DNA from: Aquifex aeolicus VF5
GTDB lineage: Bacteria > Aquificota > Aquificia > Aquificales > Aquificaceae
Direction: 5' to 3'
Assembly: GCF_000008625.1 (NCBI RefSeq)
Contig: NC_000918.1
Location: 1,230,001-1,262,000, forward strand
DNA length: 32,000 bases
Shown here: positions 16,452-24,400 of the stretch, one piece after another
Layout of the letters: each line of letters opens with the position of its first letter
How positions within the stretch are numbered: position 1 is the stretch's first letter
Notes under the pieces: generated by a model
Seen by the model: the letters and a program-made list of their open reading frames with translations, nothing else
Told to the model about the DNA's origin: nothing
Databases searched by the model: none
Program-made: the position numbers and the translations under genes

Positions 16452-16567
16452 AGTCCTACCTCCTCAGGAAATTTTGAGCTAAATATGAATCTATCTTTTA
16501 AAAATAATTTGTCAAAAAAGACGATTTTTTTAAAATTTTTAAAAAGATGTTTTAAAAAGAAAGGGGG

Positions 16568-17959
16568 TTAGAGTTCAAGGACTTTGCCGGGGTTAAAGAG
16601 GTTCTTCGGATCAAACAACTTTTTAATTCCTTTCAAAAGTTCGTATCCCGTTTCTCCGAACTGCCACTTTAAAAACTTCCTCTTAGTAAGCCCCACACCG
16701 TGTTCTCCCGTTATGGAACCGTTGTAATTGAGTGCCAGTTCAAATACCTCGTCAACCGCCCTTTCCGCCCTTTCCTCTTCTTCCTTGTTTGACTTGTCAT
16801 AGAGGAGGTTTACATGTAGATTTCCGTCTCCTATGTGTCCGAAAACTACCATAGTGAGGTTGTACTTTTTGGCTATTTCCCTTAATTTGGGAAGTGCTTC
16901 GTGGAGGTAAGTCCTCGGGAATACTATGTCTTCGTTTATCTTTCCGGTTTTTAAGTTTCCGAGGGCGGGACCGAGGTTCTTTCTTGCACTCCAGAGCTTC
17001 TGGGCTTCTTCTTCCGATTGAGCCACCTGAACCTTTGCTCCGAGTTCCTCAAGTATTTTTCCTACTTCCTTTATTTCCTCTTTAACCGTCAGAGGATGCC
17101 CGTCCACCTCTATAAGTAGCAGAGCTTCCACGTCCCTCGGAAGTCCTACGGGTTTGAAGTCTTCAACAGCCCTTATTGCGTCCCTGTCCATGAATTCCAG
17201 AGCTGAAGGGAATACTCCGGAGGTTAAAATCTTCGTTACCGCTTTTCCTACTGTCTCTAAATCATCAAAGAGTGCCAGAGCAGTCATTCTTGCTTTTGGC
17301 TTTGGAATGAGTTTTAAAGTTATCTCCGTAAAGAGCCCCAGCGTTCCCTCCGAGCCGACAAGCAGTTTCGTGAGGTCGTAGCCCGCAACGTCCTTCAGGA
17401 CTGGCCTTCCCGTCCTTATCACCTCTCCGTTTTTTATTACCGTTTCAAGTCCGAGGACGTATTCCCTCGTCACACCGTACTTGAGACACCTGGGTCCTCC
17501 TGCGTTTTCCGCAACATTTCCACCTATAGTTGAGTACTTGAAAGATGAAGGGTCGGGCGGGTAAAAGAGTCCGAGCTTTTCAACGTACTCCTGAAACTGG
17601 TAAGTTATTACGCCCGGCTGAACAACCGCTGTTGCGTTATCAACGTCCACGGTGAATTTGTCCATTTTTTCAAAGGAAACTACAATTCCCTCCTCAATGG
17701 TGGGTACAGCTCCTCCCGTCAATCCTGAACCCGCACCTCTCGGAAATATAGGAATGTCTTCCTCATAACAAACTTCAACGAGCTTTATAACATCTTCTTT
17801 ATTTTCAGGAAATACAACCGCGGAAGGGATAGCCCTCTGAATGGGAATCGGAGTAGCGTCGTAGGCGTAGAGCTTTCTCTCAACTATTGAGTCCTTTACC
17901 TTCTTTTCTCCCAGTGCCTTTTTTAATTTTTCAACTTTTGAGTTAGTCAAGACTTCCAT
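16568..17959 (-). CDS. glcD: FAD-linked oxidase, glycolate oxidase subunit GlcD / D-lactate dehydrogenase family
   Basis: It has a PCMH-type FAD-binding domain (IPIFPRGAGSGLTGGAVP) and a C-terminal FAD-oxidase domain (GSITGEHGVGLTKRKF). I prefer the ATG giving MEVLTNSKVEKLKKALG over the upstream TTG at 18016, because the 19 extra residues are hydrophobic junk that overlaps leuS-beta. Confidence 0.85.
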   Translation of the reverse strand: MEVLTNSKVEKLKKALGEKKVKDSIVERKLYAYDATPIPIQRAIPSAVVFPENKEDVIKLVEVCYEEDIPIFPRGAGSGLTGGAVPTIEEGIVVSFEKMDKFTVDVDNATAVVQPGVITYQFQEYVEKLGLFYPPDPSSFKYSTIGGNVAENAGGPRCLKYGVTREYVLGLETVIKNGEVIRTGRPVLKDVAGYDLTKLLVGSEGTLGLFTEITLKLIPKPKARMTALALFDDLETVGKAVTKILTSGVFPSALEFMDRDAIRAVEDFKPVGLPRDVEALLLIEVDGHPLTVKEEIKEVGKILEELGAKVQVAQSEEEAQKLWSARKNLGPALGNLKTGKINEDIVFPRTYLHEALPKLREIAKKYNLTMVVFGHIGDGNLHVNLLYDKSNKEEEERAERAVDEVFELALNYNGSITGEHGVGLTKRKFLKWQFGETGYELLKGIKKLFDPKNLFNPGKVLEL

Positions 17960-18005
17960 GGAATTAATATATAGGATGAAAGAAAAAAGCGGGAAATAAT
18001 TTATC

Positions 18006-18875
18006 TCATTTAACAACTACGTTTACGAGCTTGCCTTTAACGTAAATAAACTTCTTTACTTCTTTTCCCTGAACCCACTTCTGAACTCTCTCATCGGAAA
18101 GGACTATATTTTTCACAGTTTCCTCGTCCGCATCTGCGGGGACCTTTACCCTTGCCCTTAACTTGCCGTTTACCTGAACAGGAATTTCTATCTCTTCCAC
18201 TTTCAGGGCTTCAGGGTCAGGTTCGGGGATCGGTTGGTTTATTATAAAACCTTCATTCCCGAGCATCTCCCAGACTTCTTCCGCTATGTGGGGAGTAATG
18301 GGAGAAAGGAGAAGGGTTATCGTCTCTATTCCCTCTCTCAGAACTTTGTAATCTTGCTCAGTTTGAGGTGAAAAGTCCTGTAAGGTGTTTAAAAGCTTCA
18401 TTATCTTTGCAATTGCTGTATTGAATTGATACCTTTCCTCAAAGTCCCTTCTGTAATCTGCTATCGTCTGGTGAATTTCCCTTCTTACCTCCTTTGCCTT
18501 CCCTTGAACGTTTCTGAGTTCTTCCACTGTGTAAGTTAGGTTCTTTATCTTTTCAAGGTGTTTATTAACAAAGTTCCAGTATCTTTGCAAAAATCTGTAT
18601 GCTCCCTGAATTCCCTCGTCTGTCCACTCAAAGTCCTGCTCTGGTGGTGCAGCAAAAAGTATGTAGAGCCTCACAGTATCTGCTCCGTACTTTTCTACGG
18701 CCTCTTCTGGATCCACTACGTTCGCCTTTGACTTTGACATCTTTGCACTTTCGCCTATTTCCCTTTCAAGGAACTTTATGAGGTTTTCATCTTTTATCCC
18801 AAGTTTTTCTAAAAGGAATATAGCGTTATCGCCTACGGATATCTTGTTTTCCTGAAGGAAGTCTTTTATTTTCAT
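18006..18875 (-). CDS. leuS: leucyl-tRNA synthetase beta subunit: stand-alone C-terminal piece with KMSKS loop, anticodon-binding and C-terminal domains
   Basis: 289 aa. It starts just before the KMSKS motif (GESAKMSKSKANVVDP) and continues through the LeuRS anticodon-binding and C-terminal domains. It has no HIGH or CP1 region. Confidence 0.9.
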   Translation of the reverse strand: MKIKDFLQENKISVGDNAIFLLEKLGIKDENLIKFLEREIGESAKMSKSKANVVDPEEAVEKYGADTVRLYILFAAPPEQDFEWTDEGIQGAYRFLQRYWNFVNKHLEKIKNLTYTVEELRNVQGKAKEVRREIHQTIADYRRDFEERYQFNTAIAKIMKLLNTLQDFSPQTEQDYKVLREGIETITLLLSPITPHIAEEVWEMLGNEGFIINQPIPEPDPEALKVEEIEIPVQVNGKLRARVKVPADADEETVKNIVLSDERVQKWVQGKEVKKFIYVKGKLVNVVVK

Positions 18876-18891
18876 AATTAAAAATTTTATA

Positions 18892-18920
18892 TTGACCCGA
18901 AGTTTTTACTTTAGTAAACT
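18892..18920 (+). promoter_or_regulatory. putative promoter TTGACC-17 nt-TAAACT at the head of the CRISPR leader
   Basis: TTGACC is at 18892-18897 and TAAACT at 18915-18920. It points toward the array about 270 nt downstream. Confidence 0.3.
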
Positions 18921-19188
18921 TTTAATTGGAGGGCTACAGAGCCCTACTTTGCTCCTTGGCAACTGAATAGGGTAGGTGGGTCCTAATAAGTGATGTTTCG
19001 ATGGTGTGATGTATTGAAATCATGATGCAACATAGCTAAAAAGATTGAAAATCAAGGATGGAAATTTTATAAAGGTATACTCAAGTTTGCAGAACCTCGG
19101 GTTAGCGGAAATTAACATTCGTTTCGTGAAGGTTAGGTGTCTAATAAGTTATTGATAAAGCGTTATTTTTTGGACACAGGCACACAGG

Positions 19189-19348
19189 GTTTCTAATGTA
19201 CCGTGTGGAGTTGAAAGTTGAAAGAGCTAAAGCAACCGCACCGATGGTTATGAGTTTCTAATGTACCGTGTGGAGTTGAAAGTGGAAAATGCTGCAAAAA
19301 CAAAAAGGAAAAAGCTGAGGTTCCTAATGTACCGTGTGGATGTATATT
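19189..19348 (+). CRISPR. mini CRISPR array: 3 repeats of 29 nt, 2 spacers of 36 and 37 nt, degenerate terminal repeat, no cas genes in the window
   Basis: R1 (19189-19217) and R2 (19254-19282) are both GTTTCTAATGTACCGTGTGGAGTTGAAAG. R3 (19320-19348) is GTTCCTAATGTACCGTGTGGATGTATATT. Spacers are TTGAAAGAGCTAAAGCAACCGCACCGATGGTTATGA and TGGAAAATGCTGCAAAAACAAAAAGGAAAAAGCTGAG. Orientation follows from the GTTGAAAG 3' handle and the decayed distal repeat. Confidence 0.8.
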
Positions 19349-19357
19349 CATAAGATC

Positions 19358-20086
19358 ATGAAACTTTCTTACAAAAGAGTTATCCTAACGAGGGAACTTG
19401 AGGATATAAAAAAGGATAAACCTCTCTTTGAAAGAGAAGGCTTTAAAGTTTTGGAGCTTCCCTTAATACAAACAAAAGTTCTTGAGTTTAACCTTCCCGA
19501 TGAAGAATTTGATTACATTGTTTTTCAAAGCAAAAAAGCGGTTAAAATTTTTCTTGGCAAGGTAAATCTTAAAGGAAACAAAAAAATTGTAGCTGTAGGG
19601 AAAAAAACGGCGGAGGAATTGGAAAAATTAGGGTATAAAGCGGATTTCATTCCGGAAAATGAAAGTGCAAAGGGCTTGATAGAACTCTTTAAAAGATTAC
19701 CTAAAGGAAAGGTTCTAATTCCACGTTCTAAAATAGGCAGAACAGAGTTAATAAAGTTTTTAAAGGAAACGAGCTTTGAAGTTTTTGCGTTGGATGTTTA
19801 CACAACTGAATACGTTTTTTATACAAGAGAAGAACTCCTGGAAAAACTAAACAAAGGAGACTTTATTATCTTTTACAGTCCATCGGCGGTGAAGGCATTT
19901 TTTGCAAATTTGCAAATGCATAAAATTCCAAAGGATAGTTTGAGCCTTAAATTTGTAGCGATTGGTAAAACTACAAAAGAGGAATTACAGAAACACTCTG
20001 TTAAAAACGTTATTACCTCTGAAAGACCGAGTACTGAGGATATTGTCAAGAAACTAAAAGAATTGGCACGTGATTTGCAAAAATAA
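19358..20086 (+). CDS. hemD: uroporphyrinogen-III synthase
   Basis: It has the duplicated HEM4-type half-domains (RVILTRE...IVFQSKKAVKIF and IIFYSPSAVKAFF). I prefer the ATG at 19358 (MKLSYKRVILTRE); the track start GTG at 19334 lies inside the terminal CRISPR repeat. Confidence 0.7.
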   Translation: MKLSYKRVILTRELEDIKKDKPLFEREGFKVLELPLIQTKVLEFNLPDEEFDYIVFQSKKAVKIFLGKVNLKGNKKIVAVGKKTAEELEKLGYKADFIPENESAKGLIELFKRLPKGKVLIPRSKIGRTELIKFLKETSFEVFALDVYTTEYVFYTREELLEKLNKGDFIIFYSPSAVKAFFANLQMHKIPKDSLSLKFVAIGKTTKEELQKHSVKNVITSERPSTEDIVKKLKELARDLQK

Positions 20087-20093
20087 TTACGGT

Positions 20094-20942
20094 ATGGGAT
20101 TAGAAAAGACGGTTAAAGAGAAATTAAGCTTTGAGGGTGTCGGTATACACACAGGTGAATACTCAAAATTAATCATACATCCCGAAAAAGAAGGAACAGG
20201 AATCAGGTTTTTCAAGAACGGAGTTTACATACCCGCAAGACATGAGTTCGTCGTTCACACAAATCACTCCACGGATTTAGGCTTTAAAGGGCAAAGAATA
20301 AAAACGGTTGAACACATACTTTCCGTTCTCCACCTACTTGAGATAACAAACGTGACAATAGAAGTAATAGGGAACGAAATCCCTATACTTGACGGAAGTG
20401 GCTGGGAATTCTACGAAGCCATTAGGAAAAATATTCTCAATCAGAACAGAGAAATAGATTACTTTGTTGTAGAAGAACCCATTATCGTGGAAGACGAGGG
20501 AAGATTGATAAAGGCAGAACCTTCAGACACGCTTGAGGTCACCTACGAGGGAGAATTTAAAAATTTCCTGGGAAGGCAGAAGTTTACCTTTGTTGAAGGG
20601 AACGAAGAAGAAATAGTCCTTGCGCGGACTTTTTGCTTTGACTGGGAAATAGAACACATTAAAAAAGTCGGTCTTGGGAAGGGAGGAAGCCTGAAAAACA
20701 CCCTCGTTCTCGGAAAGGATAAAGTGTACAACCCTGAAGGGCTAAGATACGAAAACGAACCTGTAAGACACAAAGTGTTTGACCTTATAGGAGACCTTTA
20801 CCTCCTTGGAAGTCCCGTAAAAGGTAAGTTTTACTCCTTCAGGGGAGGGCACTCGCTCAACGTAAAACTCGTAAAAGAGCTTGCAAAGAAACAAAAACTT
20901 ACTCGTGATTTACCTCACCTTCCTTCCGTCCAAGCTCTCTGA
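20094..20942 (+). CDS. lpxC: UDP-3-O-acyl-N-acetylglucosamine deacetylase
   Basis: 282 aa starting MGLEKTVKEKLSFEGVGIHTGEY. It has the zinc and active-site motifs TVEHILS and HKVFDLIGDL. Confidence 0.95.
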   Translation: MGLEKTVKEKLSFEGVGIHTGEYSKLIIHPEKEGTGIRFFKNGVYIPARHEFVVHTNHSTDLGFKGQRIKTVEHILSVLHLLEITNVTIEVIGNEIPILDGSGWEFYEAIRKNILNQNREIDYFVVEEPIIVEDEGRLIKAEPSDTLEVTYEGEFKNFLGRQKFTFVEGNEEEIVLARTFCFDWEIEHIKKVGLGKGGSLKNTLVLGKDKVYNPEGLRYENEPVRHKVFDLIGDLYLLGSPVKGKFYSFRGGHSLNVKLVKELAKKQKLTRDLPHLPSVQAL

Positions 20943-21639
20943 ATTCCAGTATCCCGTTTTTCTTACTTATATCCACGACTACTAAGTTAGTGTTCTGCAC
21001 TCCCCTTACCTTATCAAAGGTATTTCTTATAAGTCTTACATAATCCCCGACTTCGTAGCCAAAGGGTTTTAGCTTCTCGTAAAGCCACTTGTTCTGAGGT
21101 TTTAACTGAAAGTACGTAATTTCGTAAGAGACTTCTATCATGTGCTCTACTCCCTCTCCTCCCGCCACTCCTTCTTTCCTTACCTGCAGTGCTCCTACAA
21201 GCCACTTATTTTTCCACTCAACAAGACTCCTCAGGTCCTTTGCTACCTGTCTCGCCTTCTGTTCGGAAACCGCTCCGGAAATTGAGTCAATGACTATAAT
21301 TCTCTCTTCCCTTTGGGATAGTTCTTTGATAAAGTCCTGATCCATGTAGTACTTGAAAACTACTCGGACGTTCTCGTGGTTTGTGTCGTACTTTTTGAAT
21401 ATAGCTTTCCACCTGTGGGGTGATTGTTCCGTTAAGACCACGAGTACAGGTTCCCTTTTAGCTATGTCCGCCATTAACCTCATTAAGGTCTGGGTCTTTC
21501 CCGCACCTGCCTCACCGGAAATTCCGATAAAGGCTTGGGGAAGACCGCCGAAGATGTCAAAAACGGTTTCCTTAAGAATGGGGATTTCGTAATCTCTTAC
21601 CTCGGATAAAGTCTTTACTTTAAGCTCTCTCTTTTCCAT
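20899..21639 (-). CDS. stand-alone RecA-superfamily ATPase (single KaiC/RadA-like domain), 246 aa
   Basis: It has a Walker A (GISGEAGAGKTQTL) and a Walker B-like strand (ERIIVIDSISG). Domain size is typical of KaiC/RadB-like proteins. Confidence 0.65.
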   Translation of the reverse strand: MEKRELKVKTLSEVRDYEIPILKETVFDIFGGLPQAFIGISGEAGAGKTQTLMRLMADIAKREPVLVVLTEQSPHRWKAIFKKYDTNHENVRVVFKYYMDQDFIKELSQREERIIVIDSISGAVSEQKARQVAKDLRSLVEWKNKWLVGALQVRKEGVAGGEGVEHMIEVSYEITYFQLKPQNKWLYEKLKPFGYEVGDYVRLIRNTFDKVRGVQNTNLVVVDISKKNGILEFRELGRKEGEVNHE

Positions 21640-21660
21640 AATTGTTTAAAATAATTAAAC

Positions 21661-21690
21661 TTGACACGAAAGGTTGTCCAGGAATAACTT
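21661..21690 (+). promoter_or_regulatory. putative promoter TTGACA-18 nt-TAACTT for rpmA
   Basis: TTGACA is at 21661-21666 and TAACTT at 21685-21690. The predicted leader of about 20 nt carries AAAGGAGGTG before the ATG at 21717. Confidence 0.35.
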
Positions 21691-21716
21691 TTTCTTTTGC
21701 AAAGGAGGTGTGAAAG

Positions 21717-22013
21717 ATGGCAAGTAAAGCGAGCGGTGGTTCAACACGGAACGGTAGAGATAGTATTTCAAAAAGATTAGGTGTAAAGAGGTACGACGGT
21801 CAGTTCGTAAAGGCTGGAAACATTATAGTCAGACAAAGGGGAACGAGAATTTATCCGGGTAAAAACGTAGGAATGGGCTCAGACTACACTTTATTTGCAC
21901 TCAAAGACGGTTATGTTTACTTTGAAACGAGGAGGAAGAAGAAGTTCGTAAGCGTCCTTTCTCCGGAAGAGTGGGAAAAGGTAATGGCTCAAAAGAACGG
22001 AAAAGTTCACTGA
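21717..22013 (+). CDS. rpmA: 50S ribosomal protein L27
   Basis: [51 protein letters not shown] is canonical L27. A C-terminal extension of about 25 aa follows. No rplU lies upstream. Confidence 0.93.
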   Translation: MASKASGGSTRNGRDSISKRLGVKRYDGQFVKAGNIIVRQRGTRIYPGKNVGMGSDYTLFALKDGYVYFETRRKKKFVSVLSPEEWEKVMAQKNGKVH

Positions 22014-24400
22014 GCCAGAAACTCGTTAAAGACTTCTCTCATCTTTTTCATCTTCTCCTTTATACTTTCTTTCAGTTCCTCGGGTTTCATTCCCAGAGAT
22101 AAAGCTACCTTTGGAATGTCCTGTTCACTCAATACGGAAGTTCCCCTTTCCTTAGAAAGTCTAAGGTGCGTTTCTACGAGTCTCAGGAACATGAAGCTGT
22201 CATAAGCCTCCTTCAACCTCGGGTACTTTTCCATTAAGACCTCAAAACCTCTTATCATAGAAGTTTCCCTTATTTTTTCTTTGATGAGAAGGTACTGAAC
22301 TAAAAACTCACCGTCCACTATGCCCCCCTCACCGAGTTTGAGGTCCACAACTCCTCTTCCCCTCTTTGCAACACTCTGGAGCTTCATCCTCATCTCGTAA
22401 ACTTCTCTCTTTTCCTTTTCTCCCCAGGGCTTTTCAAACAGGAAGTTTTCTATCAATCTCTCAAACTCCTCTTTGAACTCTTCATTACCGGTTATGTATC
22501 TGGCTCTCGTCCAGGCGAGTCTTTCCCAGGTTCTCGCTTCCTTTTCAAAGTACTTTTTGTAAAAATCAAAAGTGGGAACGAGTTCTCCCTTACTGCCCAT
22601 GGGTCTTAGTCTGAAGTCCACGCTGTAGAGATAACCTTCCGTTGTGTGAGCGGTTAAAAACCTCACGAGCTCCTTTGCCTTTTCGTGAACCTTTTCCTTT
22701 TCTTCCAAGCTCTTTACTGCGAATACAAGGTCAAGGTCCGAGTTGAAGTTCAGTTCCCTGCTTCCGAGTTTCCCAAGGGCGTAAAGGAGTGCCGTATTTT
22801 CCTCCAGAGTTATATCCTTCCAGAGGTTTGAGAGTATAAAGTCCGCAAGTGTGGAAAGGGAAATGTACAATTTCTTGAGTTTCTCGTACCTGTCTTCCTC
22901 TTTCAGGAGGTAAACGAGCCCTATCCTCACTTCCCAGACGGTTTTGAATCTCCTGTAAAGATTCTCAGGGGAGAGGTTTAAGGTTTCCCTGTACTTCTCA
23001 AACTCCCTTTTAAAGTCCTCAAATTTTGGGAAATCCCTGTAAAGAGTAAGGGCGTCTTCAACCAGGTCAGGATTCCTGGCAACGAGGTGAGACAGGTAAT
23101 CGGATACGGAAAAAACGGTAAAGAGTTTTTCTAAGAATTCCTCCCTTTTGTGCTCTGAAAGTATAACTCTTCTTCCCGTAGGGTTAAAGAAGAATTTGAA
23201 GAAGTTCTTTATGCTCTGGTCAGGGTTTTGAGAAGAAAGTGCAAGGTTCACGAGTTTTGGTATGAGTTTTATGTAGAGTTTTTTCTCCTTTTCCGTGAAG
23301 TGAACGTTCATGGAACCGTACAGGGGCTCGCTGAGGAGGGTGAATATCTGTCTCGTGCTCTTGAAGCCTTTTTGTTTTAGTATCTGTGTTCCGCTTTCTT
23401 CGTCCTCCATAATTACCGCCTCCTGAAGCTCATCCAGTTCTTCTTCCTCCCTTTCGGGAAGGATTTGAGAGAATACACTTTTTACGAATGCCCTCGTTTC
23501 CTTTAATTTTTCCTCAAACTCTTCCTTGGATTCAAAACCTAAGAACTTGGCAAAGGTTTCCTTGTCGCTTTCCTTTAAAACTTGCGTCTGGAGACATTCC
23601 CTCAGTTGTATCCTGTGTTCCAGTTTCCTGAGGAATGTGTAGGACTCCTCAAGTTTCTGGGCTTCTTCCGAGGAAAATACGCCTTTTTGCATGAGTTTGT
23701 ATATAGCCCTGTAAGTGTTACTCTCTCTCAAAATCGGAGTTTTAGAACCGAGGAGTATAACCAAGGACTGGACGCTGAACTCAACCTCCCTTATTCCTCC
23801 CTCTCCCGTTTTCACGTTGTAGCCCTTTATAAATTTCTTTTTGGCTTCCGCTTCTATTCTCTTCTTCATTAACCTTATCTCTTCAACGAGTTTGTAATCC
23901 GCCGGACCAAAGACGAAAGGTCTCACTACTTCTTTCATGAACTTCTGGGCGAGTTCCTCATCTCCCGCACAGTACCGTGCCCGGAGCAGGGCAAACCTCT
24001 CCCATATCCTCCCGTAGCTCTCGTAGTAGAGTTCCGCACTTCTGAGGGGCATAGAGAGAGGACCAGACTTTCCGAAAGGTCTCAGGTCAAGATCCACAAA
24101 GTAGGGCACACCTTCCGGTGTTTGAGCGTTTAGGAGCTTTACGACTTTCTGGAATAACCTTTGAAAGAAGTCATTTAAGGAAAGGTTTCCAGCCTTTCCC
24201 TTATCCGTGGAGTGTATGAACATCAAATCCACATCGGAATAATAATTCAGCTCTTCACTTCCCAGCTTTCCAAGACCTATAACAGTTGCGGTTGCTTCTT
24301 TTCCGTTTTCCTCTAGAGGTTTCCCGAACTTTTCCACAGCTCCTTTAAAGCCTCTCGTAGGTAACTTCCACAAGCGCGTCGGGGAGGTGAGAGTACTCAC
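22007..24400 (-). CDS. glnE: glutamine synthetase adenylyltransferase/adenylyl-removing enzyme GlnE, major part (797-aa ORF); continues the upstream 154-aa ORF after a +1 frame change
   Basis: It contains two nucleotidyltransferase signatures: [20 protein letters not shown] and [20 protein letters not shown]. Homology to GlnE begins about residue 19 of this ORF (KGAVEKFG...), exactly where the upstream ORF stops. Confidence 0.85.
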   Translation of the reverse strand: MSTLTSPTRLWKLPTRGFKGAVEKFGKPLEENGKEATATVIGLGKLGSEELNYYSDVDLMFIHSTDKGKAGNLSLNDFFQRLFQKVVKLLNAQTPEGVPYFVDLDLRPFGKSGPLSMPLRSAELYYESYGRIWERFALLRARYCAGDEELAQKFMKEVVRPFVFGPADYKLVEEIRLMKKRIEAEAKKKFIKGYNVKTGEGGIREVEFSVQSLVILLGSKTPILRESNTYRAIYKLMQKGVFSSEEAQKLEESYTFLRKLEHRIQLRECLQTQVLKESDKETFAKFLGFESKEEFEEKLKETRAFVKSVFSQILPEREEEELDELQEAVIMEDEESGTQILKQKGFKSTRQIFTLLSEPLYGSMNVHFTEKEKKLYIKLIPKLVNLALSSQNPDQSIKNFFKFFFNPTGRRVILSEHKREEFLEKLFTVFSVSDYLSHLVARNPDLVEDALTLYRDFPKFEDFKREFEKYRETLNLSPENLYRRFKTVWEVRIGLVYLLKEEDRYEKLKKLYISLSTLADFILSNLWKDITLEENTALLYALGKLGSRELNFNSDLDLVFAVKSLEEKEKVHEKAKELVRFLTAHTTEGYLYSVDFRLRPMGSKGELVPTFDFYKKYFEKEARTWERLAWTRARYITGNEEFKEEFERLIENFLFEKPWGEKEKREVYEMRMKLQSVAKRGRGVVDLKLGEGGIVDGEFLVQYLLIKEKIRETSMIRGFEVLMEKYPRLKEAYDSFMFLRLVETHLRLSKERGTSVLSEQDIPKVALSLGMKPEELKESIKEKMKKMREVFNEFLAQ

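Noticed and set aside
17960-18016. TTG start extending the glcD-like ORF by 19 codons over the end of leuS-beta
   Set aside because: The extension (MLNEINYFPLFSFILYINS) is hydrophobic, unlike a soluble flavoenzyme, and overlaps the leuS-beta stop. The internal ATG has a TATATT box 6 nt upstream. My hand count of bases in this stretch differed by 1 nt from the ORF track, and I kept the track frame.
18966-18990. Cobalamin-riboswitch-like string AATAGGGTAGGTGGGTCC upstream of hemD (a tetrapyrrole gene)
   Set aside because: It resembles only the AAnAGGGAA...GGUG..AAUCC part of the consensus. The GCCACUG core and the B12 box (AGCCAGGAGACC-like) are absent downstream, and a CRISPR array separates it from hemD.
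18928-19188. Possibility that the region before the CRISPR repeats encodes a 6S-like or other structured sRNA
   Set aside because: The 5' and 3' parts show no extended complementarity of the kind a 6S RNA closing stem needs. I recognised no tmRNA, SRP or RNase P signatures. It is best explained as a CRISPR leader with repeat remnants.
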